From: Emiliania huxleyi CCMP1516
Taxonomy: Eukaryota
Direction: 5' to 3'
Length of the DNA stretch: 64,000 nucleotides
NCBI RefSeq assembly: GCF_000372725.1
Contig: NW_005202427.1
Span: 372,001-436,000, forward strand
The notes beneath the pieces are model-generated. The model did no database searches and was not told the origin of the DNA. It worked only from the letters and a program-made list of their open reading frames with translations. This document shows, in pieces, positions 37,053 to 49,022 of this stretch (positions are counted from its first letter, which is position 1; the number at the start of each line of letters is the position of its first letter). The position numbers and the translations under genes were made by a program.

Positions 37053-38031
37053 ATGCGCCTCTCCCTCGAGGTGCTGCCGACCAAGCTGCTGGGCAGCGGG
37101 ACGAGCAGTCTGACGACGAGCCTGCTCGCGCTCGTGCCTCGAGGGACGCGCGTGTACCTACCTAGCCTCCCGGGCGATGCACCAGCGGCGATGGGCGCTG
37201 CTCTCGCTCACTTGCACGCCTCGGCGCCGCACGTCGAGCCTGTTCCACACATCGCGGCGTCGCGCGTGCCAAGCGAGGCCGAGCTGCTCCGCAGGCTCGA
37301 CTCGTGGCAGGAGGCCTGCTCCAACCAGCTCTCCGAGGCGCATGGCAAGCGCTGCCCTCAGCCTGTCTGTGTGCGCGTTAGCCGCCGCTCTCGCCTTGCA
37401 GGTGCTCGTGGTGCGAGGCGACGAAGGCGCGCACGACACCGCCGCGCATGGGAATCCGGCCTCGCCCCGCCCCTCGGGCGGCCCGTTCGCGACGACGCTC
37501 GACCTGCTCGAGAGCGGCGCGCTCGCCCGACGTGGCGTTGAGACGGTTGGGCTGTGCGGACATCCAGAGGGGATCGGTGCCACCGTGAGCACGGGCGAAG
37601 GGATTGTGCACCTTAAAGGCAAGACGGCCGCCCTCCGCCGCGCCGGGCAGCAGCCCCGGATCGTCACGCAGATCTGCTTTGACGCCGAGCGTGCCACAGG
37701 CTTTGTGGACGCACTGCGGGCCGCCGAGGAGGAGGCGCCGGTCAGCCTCGGGCTGGTCGGGCCCGCCAAGGCGCAGCTGCTGCAGCGGATGGCGTTGCAG
37801 TGCGGGGTCCGTCCTCCACCGCCGGCGACGGAGCCGTCGGAGCTCCTCGAGCGCGTGGCAGTGTGGCAGCGCTTGAGGGGGCAGCGGCACGGCGCAGAGG
37901 CAATCCACATCTACCCGTTTGGTGGCCTCCGCACGACGCTGCAGTGGCTCCTCAGGGTCGAAGGCGAGGGTGTCATCGGCCTCGCACCGCCGCTCGAGGC
38001 GGGAGCCAAACTGTGGGCGGGTCACGAATGA
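37053..38031 (+). CDS. Methylenetetrahydrofolate reductase-like protein (short bacterial MetF type); one GC-AG intron at 37338-37401
   Basis: SLEVLP, TRVYLPSLPG, PVPHIAASR, VLVVRGD, VGLCGHPEG, IVTQICFD, LGLVGPA, IHIYPFGG. Confidence 0.8.
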
Positions 38032-39184
38032 TGTACGAGAAGTATCTACGTACGCGAAAAAACACGGAAAGCTCTCTTGTATGCCGGAGGGGGGAGCGCA
38101 CCCCTATTGTAACTGTGGAACTGAAACCTTGCCTGCGCCGCGCGGCACTGTTCACCCACAGTGTTCACCGTCTCGATCGAAGACGGCCGGGCACGCCATC
38201 GTGGGGTGGGTCGGGACGGGGTGGGTGGCGCACTTTTGGAGCACTTGGAGTGCGGTCGGCAACCTCACATCCAGGGCCGGGGAGCTGAGAAGCGCACCCA
38301 GCGGGCCGGATGATCGGCATCGGGTTGCGGGCAAGAGAACCCTAGCCCTGGGGGTGCGCGTTCGCAGGGAAAGGGCCGTAAAGTAAACACGGGTCTCCGA
38401 GGGTTAGTCCGCGCTCCGGGTTTCCCCTAGCAGCGGAGCGCCCCCTCTACTCGGAGCTAGTAAACACCAGACACGCACACGACGTACATCCTCACTCGAC
38501 GTCTCCCCTCGGGGCTTCTCTGTCCGGCCTCCCCACCCACGGTCCGGAGGGCCCCCCCTATCCTCTCGGTCCTCCCCCCCCACAGCCCCACTCGCTTTCC
38601 GCTGGTTGGGCAACGGATGTGGGGCCCGGCTCCACCTCCTAGCCTTCTTTGGCCGCGGCCCCCCGCCGCCGTTTCGTCTTCTCTGCCCGATCCCGTTGAC
38701 TCCGCCTCCGGCGACCCCGTTCCCAACTCCCCGGGCGAGGACGGCAGTATTGGGTCGTACTCACCCCCCCCCCCCCCCCCGGGAGGTCGGGCCGGCTCTC
38801 CCTGGTCGACCAGTCGCGCCCGTACCCGCGGCCTCTCTATCGTCCTCGGCTCACCCCTCCCCTCCGCCGGTCCCTCATCAAGCTCGGGGAGGCGTGGCCC
38901 TCCTTGTCGTAGATCACGGTGGTCCGGCTGCCGCCGCGACGGGTCTACCCCCGGCGAGCTCGTACTTCCCGACTCCACTCGCAGAGGCCGAGTCAGCTCG
39001 ACTCTCATCTCCCCCGACAGCTGACTCCAGGTCTCACTCGGGGCCCTCCGGTCTTGGCCCCCCGGTTCGCCGGCCGACCCGCTATCTCCGCACGGCACCT
39101 CCCCCACCTCGGTCCCCTCCCCCGGGTACTCCAGCCTCCGACGGGGAGGTTCCGGGTCCCCCAGGCTCCGCGCGGGTCGGTGCG

Positions 39185-39561
39185 GTGACGACCACGCCGA
39201 AGCAGGGTCACATCTCCCTCTCGACGTTCGAGGCCGAGATCTCTGCCGGCACGCTGGCGGCTTGCGAGGCGGTCCACCTGCGCTCGCTCCTCGCGTCGCT
39301 CGGCTACAAGCCCAAGGGCCCGACCATCATCAAGATCGACAACACGGCCGCGCTGCGCGTCGCCGAGGACCCGGTCATGCACGACAAGACGAAGCACATC
39401 CTGCGCAAGGAGCTCAAGATTCGGGAGCTCGTCGAGTCCGCCGGGAGGTCAAGGTCGAGTACGTCGAGAGCCTCAAGAACTTCGCCGACTTCTTCACCAA
39501 GCCGCTCCCGCGCAAGGAGTTCGAGTCGTTCCGCAAGGAGATCATGAACGACACCGCCTAG
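39185..39561 (+). mobile_element. Ty1/copia pol C-terminal (RNase H) remnant with frameshift
   Basis: KQGHISLSTFEAE, IDNTAA, KTKHI...IRE, then shifted frame VEYVESLKNFADFFTKPL. Confidence 0.88.
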
Positions 39562-39731
39562 GGCGACACAGGGCCTTCTCCGCCCTTGAGGAGGCTGCGC
39601 GATTGTGCGCGCGAGGGGCATCCTCCGCCCCTGAGGAGGCTGTACAATTGTGCGCGCGATAGTAGGAGATTTAGCAGTCGTCTAGCTTCTTCAGATCCTC
39701 AGTCTCGCTACCCGATGCGAGGATGGGGGGC

Positions 39732-40030
39732 TGTTGAAGATCGACGACTGCGCAGCCGTCGCTAGTCGACGGCCACATGATCCTGATCACTCGGGGATGG
39801 CTTCCCCTCACTCGGGGACTGTAGCGGCGCAGTTTCGCACCGCTGCGGCGCGCGGTTTTGCAAAAACCGTTCTGCAGCGGCGCGGTTTTGCCCTACACCC
39901 GCAGCGTAGATCAGGTGGCTAGGCGGCCCTGGGGGCCGCGGACCCTGACCTCTGGTTTGATAGTGTTGGCAGTCTGTTTCTGTCAGTAGTAAGAGGGGTT
40001 ACAGCTTGTGAGTGGTGAATAAAACTTACA
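39732..40030 (+). mobile_element. Putative 3' LTR of the copia remnant
   Basis: PPT-like GAGGATGGGGGGC precedes TGTTG; AATAAA then ...TTACA at 40030. The right end is uncertain and no 5' LTR is in the window. Confidence 0.55.
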
Positions 40031-40157
40031 GGGGCGGGAGGGTGGGGATGTGGGACCCGCGGACGGGGACCGGGACGGTCGAGGCTGTCAAGGGTCAGTA
40101 CACGGACGCAGAGGGGAAGTGCCGCGTGGAGGCGCTGCTCTTCGAGGAGTTCGGCGC
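40031..40157 (+). mobile_element. Possible non-LTR retrotransposon C-terminal (restriction-like endonuclease) fragment
   Basis: Translates WDPRTGTGTVEAVKGQYTDAEGKCRVEALLFEEFG, similar to RLE-type Y...E.FG ends. Confidence 0.35.
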
Positions 40158-40335
40158 AATGTGAGCGCGGGGGTGGAGGAGCTGCTGATTCCAGTGTAGA
40201 GGGCCTCGTGTAGCCCTCCCTTTCGTGTCATACCAAAGTTCCATTTTTCCCTCGCAGACGCGTTTGGGCGGGACACGCCGAGGAGCCGCCCGCGTGCGGT
40301 CCTCACAATCGAACGTTGCGTGTTCTTTTGGCGTC

Positions 40336-41015
40336 ATGTCCTCGCTCGTCGACCCCACGGACGACCTCGCGGAGACAATCGGCGGCGGCGGCGGCGGCGG
40401 CGGCGAGGTTCCGTCGGCGCCCGGCGCCGTTGGACAAGTGACGTCTCTTGAGATCGGCGACCACATCGAAGTCTTGGACGAAGAGAGAGGTTCGCAGAAG
40501 CGGCCTACGGACGCGTCGCCCGCAAGGCAGAGCCATCGAACTTCTACCTAGGCTGGCTTCTCTTCCGCATCTACCACCTCGTCGCCAAGTCGGACGGGCT
40601 GCACGACGTCCGTGCGGTCAAGGAGGACGAGCTCGACTATCTGATTCCCCATGCAGAGCGGACGCCCCGTGGACGCACCGCAGACGATGAGATCTCCTTC
40701 CTGCGCAACAGCGACGGCAACCTCACGTTCCCCGAGGACGTGCGGCCGGCGTCGCGCGGCGCAGAGTGCGAGGGCGAGTGCGGTGCACTCGTTTGGGCCG
40801 TCGCTTTCGAGGAGCTGGTGCCAGAGTATACTCTCTCTGCCTGCGGGTTGTCGATTCCCGGCCCCGGCGGGACTTGGCGCACCGAGGTGGGACCAAGCGC
40901 GCGCGCATCTTCTTCTCGCCACTCCGCCCAAGACATGTCCTGGACCCTGTTAGGTCGAGAAGAAGACGCTTTCAGACAGGTTCACCTACGCGCTCACCCT
41001 CGTCGACCCGGGTAA
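40336..41015 (+). CDS. Hypothetical protein (possible Tudor-like segment)
   Basis: MSSLVDP...GDHIEVLDEERG joined across a GT-AG intron (about 40490-40551) to WLLFRIYHL... Confidence 0.35.
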
Positions 41016-41301
41016 CCAGCGCGGAAGGGGGCGTAAATGTGAGCGCTCATTTCACCCGCGGATCCGAATGTAGGTGGCAACCGCTGGCGGCAGAGTGAGC
41101 TGAAGCAACTCGCGGAGCGTCTCTTCCGAAATCAGCCGCAGCAGCTCAAGACGGCGTCCTCTCCGTCCGCACCCCAATGTGTGCTCAGAAAGTCCCCCGA
41201 GTTTTCCTTAACATGCCGGTAGGCCCTAGAGATGGTGCCAAGCCCTGCAAAGCGGGCTCGCTGCGACGAGGACAGCCGCCGCACCCGGCCTTGCCCAGCC
41301 A

Positions 41302-43277
41302 ATGTCGAGGAGCCGGCGGCGAAGATGGAGGAGGAGGAGAAGGAGCAGGAGGAGGAGGGGGAGGAGGGTGGAGGAGGGCGATGACGCCGCATCGTCGTTA
41401 TCAGACGAGGAGCGCGAGGCTGCCACCGCCGCCATCGCCGGCAGCGGCGACGAGGCGGCAGCGCAAGCGCATTCCCTCGGCCGCGCCCTCGTGCCGCGCA
41501 GAGACTGAGCCTGCGCCTGTGCCGTGCTGCACAGAAGCCCGACGTCAAGGAGGGAGGCGATGCCATCAACCTCAAGGTGGTGACACAGGACGGCAGCGAA
41601 ATATTCTTCAAGGCGCCTCGCACCTCCCGCGCGCGACCCGCCCGGCGGCGGCGTGCGTGCGTCCTCGTGTCTGATCTGCCGACGGCCTCTCTGATCCGCA
41701 GTGCAAAAAGACGACGGCGCTCTCGGAGCTGATGAACGCCTTCTGCCAGCGCCAGGGCATGTCGCAGCAAGGCGTCCGTTTCCTCTTTGATGGCGAGCGC
41801 CTCAACGGCAACCAGACACCCGCCGAGGCGCGCCGCGCTGCGCCGCTAGAGTTCCCCGCATCCTCTTCTGCCGCGCCCGCCGCCCTCCGCGCTCACTCTC
41901 CCTCCGCGCCCACTCGCCCTCCGCGACGCCCCAGATGGACATGGAGGATGACGACGTCATCGACGTGATGGTCGAGCACCAGGCAGAGCTGGCTCACCTC
42001 AAGTCGCAGCTAGAAGAGGTTCGCCGTCTTAACTACGGCAGCACTACGGCCTACCTCCTCACCCTTTATGTGTTCGAACAGGCAGCGCGTCGGCTCGAGC
42101 AGGCGACGGAGGCGGCAACGGCGCGCGAGGCCACTCTCCGAGCCGAGGCGGAGGCGGCAGTCCAGGCGGCGCTGCAGCGGGCGGCGCAAGAGCAGCAGGC
42201 AGCGGTAGAGGTGGCGCGAGCGGACGGGGCGGCGGCAGCGCGGGCGGAAGCGCCGCAGGCATTTGCGGAGCATTTGCGGGAGACGGAGAAGCAGAGCCTC
42301 TTCATGTGCAGCCCTCTCGCGAAATACGCAGTCTTCTCATTGACGGCGCAGTCCAAGTCTGCTGTTGTGTGGAAGGATGGCGAGCCCACCTTCACGCCGC
42401 CCGCGCTGCAGCCGGCCATCAGCGAGTTGCGCCGCATAGTAGCTGCAGGGGGCAAGGGTGGCCGGCCTCTGCAGGGCGCAAGACTCGTTCGGATCGAGAT
42501 GATGGCATCGAGCCATCTCGACGCGAGCTTTCAAAGCAGAGTCGAGGGTACGCAGCACTCGCGAATGGATGCGGGGCCGACTGCTCTGCAGTGGAACCCG
42601 TCCACCGGCCATGGCCTCAGGGCTGACCAACAAGCCGAGAAAGAGCGCGTGCTCAGCCGCCTCTTGAGGCGCTGCCTGCAGGGAAGCCAGCTCAAGCTCT
42701 CGCCCGTGTGCCTCGCTTTCCACGGGACCACTCCCGAGGCCGCAGAGAAGATCTGCAGGCAGGGCTTCCGACACGGGGAGAGCCGCTCTTCTTCTGACTG
42801 GTTCGGCCACGGCCACTACTTGACCACGCATGCCGAGTACGCGCTCCGCTACTCGACAGGCCAACTCGCAAACCCGCCGCGGGACCCCGTCCTCTACAAG
42901 GAGTATTGCGTCCTCGCTTGCTGGGTGGCGCCCGGCGTCGTCTACCCGCTAACACGGCGCTTCTCAATTTCTGCCCCCTCCCTTCTCTAGCTTGCGTCCG
43001 CAAACACTTGATCTGTGCGTGTAGGGTCGACTACCATGGCGCCAGCAGCGCCAGCTCATCGTCCCACTTCTTTCCCGAGGACAACATGCCCATCGCCATC
43101 AAGAATGGCAACGACTCGCACTACGTGCTCGTGAGCGAGGAGCTGCAGTTCCAGGCGGTGAACTCGGAGGGAGAGACTTGCCGCAGGGACGCGAGTGTCG
43201 ACTACGACGAGCTTGTGGTGGCTGACCGGGACCAGGTGCTGCCCAAGTTCAAGCTCTTTTTCTGCTGGACGGATTGA
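41302..43277 (+). CDS. SUMO-like domain / coiled coil / PARP-like ADP-ribosyltransferase fusion protein
   Basis: Spliced (GC-AG introns 41467-41534, 41613-41701, 41828-41934, 42957-43024) it reads INLKVVTQDGSEIFFKCKKTT.LS.LMNAFCQRQG...RFLFDGERL...TPAEMDMEDDDVIDV, then LAFHGT...FGHGHYLT...YALRY...YDELVV...QVLP. Confidence 0.85.
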
Positions 43278-43920
43278 ACCTTGCATGATCACACTGTCGT
43301 ACGGCGCCCCCAGACGTATTGTTGTCCTAGGAAGCAGTATCTACCTACGTGCGACCCTTACGTGTGTACTTTACCCCCTCTTTCGCGTACGTATTCGAGA
43401 CTCTAGCCAGTCCAGTGGAGATAGATAGCCAGGAGATATACTGGAACCTCTTGTGGCCGTGACAAGTGGCAATCAATCGCAGGAGAATGCAATCGCAATA
43501 AACCAATATTGCGTGAGCGCAAAGATCCGGCTCCTCTCACTCCTGGCCGTGCGAGGCACCAGATACTGCGGGTCGTGGCTAGACTGACTGACTTCGTCTC
43601 TAGAGGGGGCTCCCACGACCCAGCCACCCCTTCCTACCCCCCTAGCTTCTCGCCGCCCCTCCCTTCCTCCCTCTATCTACATACACCGAGGCGCAGTGGG
43701 CCAGTGGCGGTGCCCGGTGCCGAACCTGTCGGATTGCGTGTAGATCCCTGGGTAGAGAGCTGTCAAACGTTAAGAGCTGAACAGTGTTGCTAGTGTTATG
43801 TATGTACAATGTGAGAGGACTCGAGATTTGTTCGAGATTGGGGCAGGGCGCTCGACTTTTCGGCGGTCGTGGAGTCACGCTCGTTGGCGATTTTCAGTCA
43901 GGCTTTGACTGGACAGCATC

Positions 43921-44492
43921 GATGCCGTCGCCGGACGCGGCGGCGAGGCACACGGGCGCCGGCGTGGCGCGTCGGCAGGCCCACCACGAGCGGATGCGCG
44001 ACGAGCGCGCTCGGGAAGCGGCCGCGGGCGACGCGGAGCTTCCGCCGGAGGACGACGCGGTCGAGATGGCGAGCGCCGTCCACGTGCTGGACAGCGTGGC
44101 GGAGGTGGGCCCGAACTACACCCTGCTGCGCAGCAAGGAGACGAAGGCGATGCGGCGGAAGCGACAGCGCGAGGATGCCAGGGCGGCGCTCGACGGCCAC
44201 ACTGTCATGCCCACCGGATCGCGCCTCGAGATCTTCTGCGACAGCGAGCGGTGGTATCCTGCGACCGTCATGGCGCGGGAGGAGGACAGGGACGGACGGA
44301 TCGTGCACGAGGTCGAGTACGACGGCTACTCGGATCGGCGGTGGTGGCACATGCAACATGCTGGACGACGAGCGGTGGCGCGCCGTCCCAGAGCAGGCCG
44401 GCGCGGGCGCAGGCGGGGATGGGGATGGGGATGTGGCGATGGACCGCGTGGACGGCGAGCATGGCGCCCGTGCCGCGGGCGACGCGTATTAA
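43921..44492 (+). pseudogene. Tudor-like domain ORF with apparent frameshift
   Basis: GSRLEIFCDSERWYPATV...HEVEYDGY...WWH. A 7-bp duplication (ACATGC A ACATGC at about 44349-44361) shifts the frame away from MLDDERWRAV. Confidence 0.5.
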
Positions 44493-44665
44493 AAAGAATT
44501 TGCTTTGCGAAAAAAAATTCGCGTGCGGACCCGGCCTTTGCCCACGGCGGTGTCAACGGGTACGACGACCTGCCGATGAGAGAGTACCTCGTCGAGCTCA
44601 AGTGAGGAGGTGGAGTCTTATTTAGTGTGTCTCAAAAAAAGAAAAATCTCGGGAACCCCGCGCCG

Positions 44666-45844
44666 ATGGCCTCCCACCGCATCGGCGCGCGCGTCGCGGG
44701 CCTGTCGCCAGCGCAGCTGTGCGCCATCATCGAGGCGCAGGCGGGCGCGAGCGACGCCGCGCTGCGCGTGGCGGAGGAGCACGCCGCACGGCTCGTGGAG
44801 CAGCCCGAGTGGATCCTCTCCGAGGTCCTCCTCTCGCCGGACCTCGCCCCGCACATCCTCGCGCAGCTGCCGACCAAGGAGCACGCTCTCAAGGGGACGT
44901 GCCGCGCGTGGCGCTGCGGCTGGAAGGAGACGCTGAAGAAGCGCGAGAGGCCGCGCATGCTTGTGATCGGCGGCGAACACAACGATGGCGAGTTCCTCAA
45001 CTCGCTGGAGCGGTACGACCCCTCTACGAATGAGTGGGAAGAGGAGGCTGTGGTGCCGATGCCTTCGGCACGCACGTATGTCTGCACGGCGGTGCTCGAT
45101 GGCAAGCTCTACGCGGCGGGCGGCGAGATTGAGGCCAACGGCGCACCTTCCAACCTGGTGGAGCGGTACGACCTGGCTACGAACGCGTGGGAGGCGGTGG
45201 CGCCGATGGCAGACGCGCGGCTATCTTTTTCTGCCGCCGTCGCAGTGCTCGACGGGAAGCTGTACGCTGTGGGCGGAGCCGTCCACGTCCTCAGCGTCGA
45301 GCGGTACGATCCGGCGCTGGATGCGTGGGAGGCGGTGGCGCCGATGGCGACGGCGCGGAAAAACCTCGCCATGGCGGTGCTGGATGGCAAGCTGTACGCT
45401 GTGGGCGGACTGGATGCCAGCTACAACCGCCTCAGCTCGGTGGAGCGGTACGACCCGGGGACGGAGGCGTGGGAGGCTGTGGCGCCGATGGCGGCGGCGC
45501 GGGGCGACCATGGCGTGGCGGTGCTCGACGGCAAGTTGTACGCGGTGGGAGGCTCCACCAACGATGTCCTCAGCTCGGTGGAGCGGTACGACCCGGGGAC
45601 GGATGCGTGGGAGGTGGTGGCGCCGCTGACGCTGGCTCGCTTCGGGGCCGGGGTGGCGGCGCTGGAAGGAAAGCTGTACGCTGTGGGCGGCAGGGTCGCT
45701 GAGGACGACCTGAGGTCAGCTGAGGTCGAAAGGCCGGCTCACTCGGTCGAGCGGTACGACCCGGCCTCGAACGCCTGGGAGGAGGTGGTGCCGATGGCGA
45801 CGGCGCGGGCATTTCCTTTCGCGCTCCTGATAGATAGGGCATAG
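44666..45844 (+). CDS. Kelch-repeat protein with F-box-like N-terminus, intronless
   Basis: Six kelch repeats (VLDGKLYAVGG...VERYDP...WE.VAPM); N-terminal VLLSPDLAPHILAQL...TCRAWR. Confidence 0.9.
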   Translation: MASHRIGARVAGLSPAQLCAIIEAQAGASDAALRVAEEHAARLVEQPEWILSEVLLSPDLAPHILAQLPTKEHALKGTCRAWRCGWKETLKKRERPRMLVIGGEHNDGEFLNSLERYDPSTNEWEEEAVVPMPSARTYVCTAVLDGKLYAAGGEIEANGAPSNLVERYDLATNAWEAVAPMADARLSFSAAVAVLDGKLYAVGGAVHVLSVERYDPALDAWEAVAPMATARKNLAMAVLDGKLYAVGGLDASYNRLSSVERYDPGTEAWEAVAPMAAARGDHGVAVLDGKLYAVGGSTNDVLSSVERYDPGTDAWEVVAPLTLARFGAGVAALEGKLYAVGGRVAEDDLRSAEVERPAHSVERYDPASNAWEEVVPMATARAFPFALLIDRA

Positions 45845-46665
45845 GTGACGTGAGCTGTGAGCTGGAGTGCCTCGCCGTCCTAGCAGGAGTCGCTTAGGCG
45901 GCTCCCGTGGTGTACCTGTGTTCGTGCCAGTGCGTGCCCAGCGTCCTGCGAGGGGCATGGAATTCAATTTACTTTTTCCTTCGACGGAAGGAGAAAAAAC
46001 AGTAACAACAGAATAACAGCCAATGATGATCATCGGACGATGTCGACGAGTTGGGTCGCTCTCGCGGTAGCCAGATGACCCTTTCATGCTAGTACCATCG
46101 GCTAGGGCCGCAGGAAGCGCGGGGAGGGCGCTGGGAGCAACACAGAGCTCCGTTGGACGTTTTCAAGATTAGCGTGTCAGAGTGAAATGGCTAGTTCCAA
46201 ATCAGTAGTCTCATCGCCGAGTGATTGCTGGCCTGTGGCGTATGACCCCGCGCGGATCCTCCGGGCTTTGCATCACACCTCCCATTCACGGTGCGTCAAA
46301 TGCAGCATCCAGGCGTCTAAAGAAGACGACATGAATGGTTCACAGAGAATGTGTTCAGACCTTTGCGCGGGTGTGTGTGTGGACAGCCATTCCGCGTGGT
46401 TGAGGGGTTGATTGAAGGGGTCTGTCAACCCCTTGGTTGAGGGTTGAGGCCTCTGTCAACCACGTGGTTGACAGTTGAGGCAATCGGCCTCAACCACCGC
46501 TCTGGGCCGAGACGATCGGAGGGGTCCCGTACCATGCGGAATCGACCGAGTACTCAAGTGGTCAAGGCGAAAAGAAAGCAGCACGCTCGCGCCCCGGCAC
46601 TTTCGGTCGCCACCGGGTAGCTTGTCTCTCCGGCCAGTTCAGCTCCCTTTCCACCGAGCCAAGTC

Positions 46666-47169
46666 ATGACCCGCCTCGTCGCCGGCGTTCTCACCGCGGG
46701 TGGAATTATTCCATTTGCTGTGCTTAGTCGCCCAGGGCAGCAGCGGCTCGAGCATGAGCAGTGGCTCGCTCCGCTTCGGAGAGCGCTGGGCAGACCCTCG
46801 CTGAACGCCACAGAGATACAGGTCACGTACGGCTGCGTCATCCTCAGTTTTGTGGGCGCGCCGCACTGGGGCTTCGCGCTCAGTGGCTTCCTCTCCAGCT
46901 CGATGGCAGCAACCTCCGCGAGACTGACTTGGGGAGTCATTCCGTCGCTTCTCGCCTGGCCTTGCGCCTCCTGCCCATCGCCACTCTCCCTCGATGCGCT
47001 CTCCGCTGGCCTCGCGGCCGCCTTCTGCGTCGATGGCATTTTCGCGGCGTGCAAGCTCGTCCCGCGTGGGTACCTGTGGCTGCGCGCGCCCCCTACAATT
47101 GCTGCGGTGCTCTCCCTCCAAAGCCACCACCGCCTACGTCAAGCTACCGGCGCCGAGGGGACTCACTAG
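46666..47169 (+). CDS. DUF3429/TMEM69-family membrane protein
   Basis: GGIIPF, YGCVILSFVGAPHWGFAL, WGVIPSLLAW, YLWLR. Confidence 0.85.
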   Translation: MTRLVAGVLTAGGIIPFAVLSRPGQQRLEHEQWLAPLRRALGRPSLNATEIQVTYGCVILSFVGAPHWGFALSGFLSSSMAATSARLTWGVIPSLLAWPCASCPSPLSLDALSAGLAAAFCVDGIFAACKLVPRGYLWLRAPPTIAAVLSLQSHHRLRQATGAEGTH

Positions 47170-47702
47170 AACCCACACATATCTCGAGTCTCCGGTCCGG
47201 CGGCTTGCCTAAAGCGTTGGGGCGGTGTGTGACTGCGCTGGCTGCTGACTCGTGATTGCAGAGAGAGACTCAAGAGGGACTGCACCGCGGCCCGCGCGGC
47301 CGCGCGGCACGCCGGTCGAGCTGTGCGGCTTGTCGTGGTACTTGAACTTGTGCAATGACCAATGTGGACCCTGCACCGTACCCTGTGGGTACCAGGGTAC
47401 GTATTTAGTCACATGCAACGCCGAGCTGTACATCACGACACACTTGCGGACTCTGCGAGTTGTCGGTTATCTCCCCAAGGGCGTTCCGGCCGGCACATCT
47501 GGGATACCCGGTATCCGCGGCCTCTAGCTCTACCGCCCCCGCCCCCCTCTTACTAGCTCTACCGCGCGCGGAGAGACCCCCCGACGCCCGAGTGAGAGTG
47601 CCCCCCCCCCCACCCGCGAACCCCCGCCCCGCCCTTCGTCCCACTTTACCTCCCCCCGCACCCACACTCGACAACCCCTCTGGATTACCCCTCCCACCCC
47701 CC

Positions 47703-47802
47703 NNNNNNNNNNNNNNNNNNNNNNNNNNNNNNNNNNNNNNNNNNNNNNNNNNNNNNNNNNNNNNNNNNNNNNNNNNNNNNNNNNNNNNNNNNNNNNNNNN
47801 NN
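47703..47802. other. Assembly gap (100 N)
   Basis: Run of N. Confidence 1.
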
Positions 47803-47998
47803 CGCGGGTCCCCCGCAGCCCGCCCCGCCTCCCTTCGCCGACCGGGCGAGGAGGCTACGGCTGCCCCCCCATCACGGCCGGGGACCGAGGCGGCGCCGCC
47901 GAGCTGCCCCTCCGCAGTGGCGCGCCACTGGGTCCGACCGCGCGCTTCGACCCCAAGCTGCGGACACACGCCCCGACACAAGGCGGCTGGTCCAAAGG

Positions 47999-49022
47999 CT
48001 AGGAGCAGAGTGCGGTCGACAGCTGCCGCAAGTCCGAAAGCGAGACTGTGCGGATAGCCTCGTGGTGGCGGGGAGCGCCGCCGCCGCACCCGCCCTTGGC
48101 CATGAGGGCGCCGCCGTCGCGCGCGCCGCCCAGCCCGCCCAGAACCCGCTTGAGCCGCGCAGCCTTGTCCATCACCGCGTGCACGCCTTGCGCAGCGGCG
48201 GGGGGCGGGGGGCGGGGGGCGAGGTTGCGGGGTGGGGTGGGCGTGGGCGCTGTGGCAGCGGGTGTGCGAGGAGGGCCGCTGGCGATGATGCGGGGAGGCG
48301 CGGCGGGGAGGCGCGGCGGGGAGGCGCGGCGGGGGAGGCGCGCGCCCTCCGCCCTCGACAGCCCCGACAGCTGCTCGAAGCTTGGCCGCTGCGACTCCCA
48401 CGCGAGCTCTAATCTCCGCAGCGCCGCAATCTTGCGCCGCAGCTCGCGCTTGGCGGCGACGCGCTGCTGAAGCTGCTCCCACAGCTGCGCCGCCTCCGCC
48501 TCCTCCTCGTCCGCGCCGGCCGCCCCGCCGGACGACGCCTGCGCGCACGAGCCTCGGATCAGGCTCGAGGCATGCTTCGGCAGGCGGCGGGCGGCGGCGC
48601 CACCGCCATCAGGCCGTCGGGGACGTGAAAGCTCTGCTCGAGCGCGCTGGCCTCGAAGCGATCGAAGCTCACGTCCGCTGCCCGCTGCACCTTGAGCAGC
48701 CAGCGGTCGACGCCCTGGACGGGAGGGGAGGGGGAGGGGTCAAGTAGCCGCGCTGCGCCACCGAGGCGGTCTGGGCCAAGCCTGCTCAATGTCCTGGTGA
48801 TTCTCGGCCAGCTCGGGGAGCCCCTTGAGCGCAGCTTTGAGCGCATCGCCCGCGTCGCAGACATCTGCGCGTCGAGGGGTCCAGCCGTGGCTGAGGAGGC
48901 AGGCCTCCGCGGTGCGGCGGGCAGATGAGCGGCGCAGGCGCTGGGGAGGGCGCACAGTCGTTGAAAGCGTTGGTCATGTCGGCGACGGCGGCCCTCGGAT
49001 CAAGCCCTTCGATGGTCGACAT
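47999..49022 (-). CDS. MIS12: Mis12 kinetochore protein-like; multi-exon
   Basis: GLDPRAAVADMTNAFND..VCDAGDALK...IEQGVDRW...DVSFDRFEASALEQSFHVP matches the Mis12 pattern P..xxDDxxNAxND...FDxFE...LxNxFxVP; C-terminal coiled coil. Confidence 0.7.

Noticed and set aside
38385..38470. Nested hairpin (CTCCGAG/CTCGGAG, CGCTCCG/CGGAGCG) as an HDV-like ribozyme
   Set aside because: Could not build the double pseudoknot; such stems are common at this GC content.
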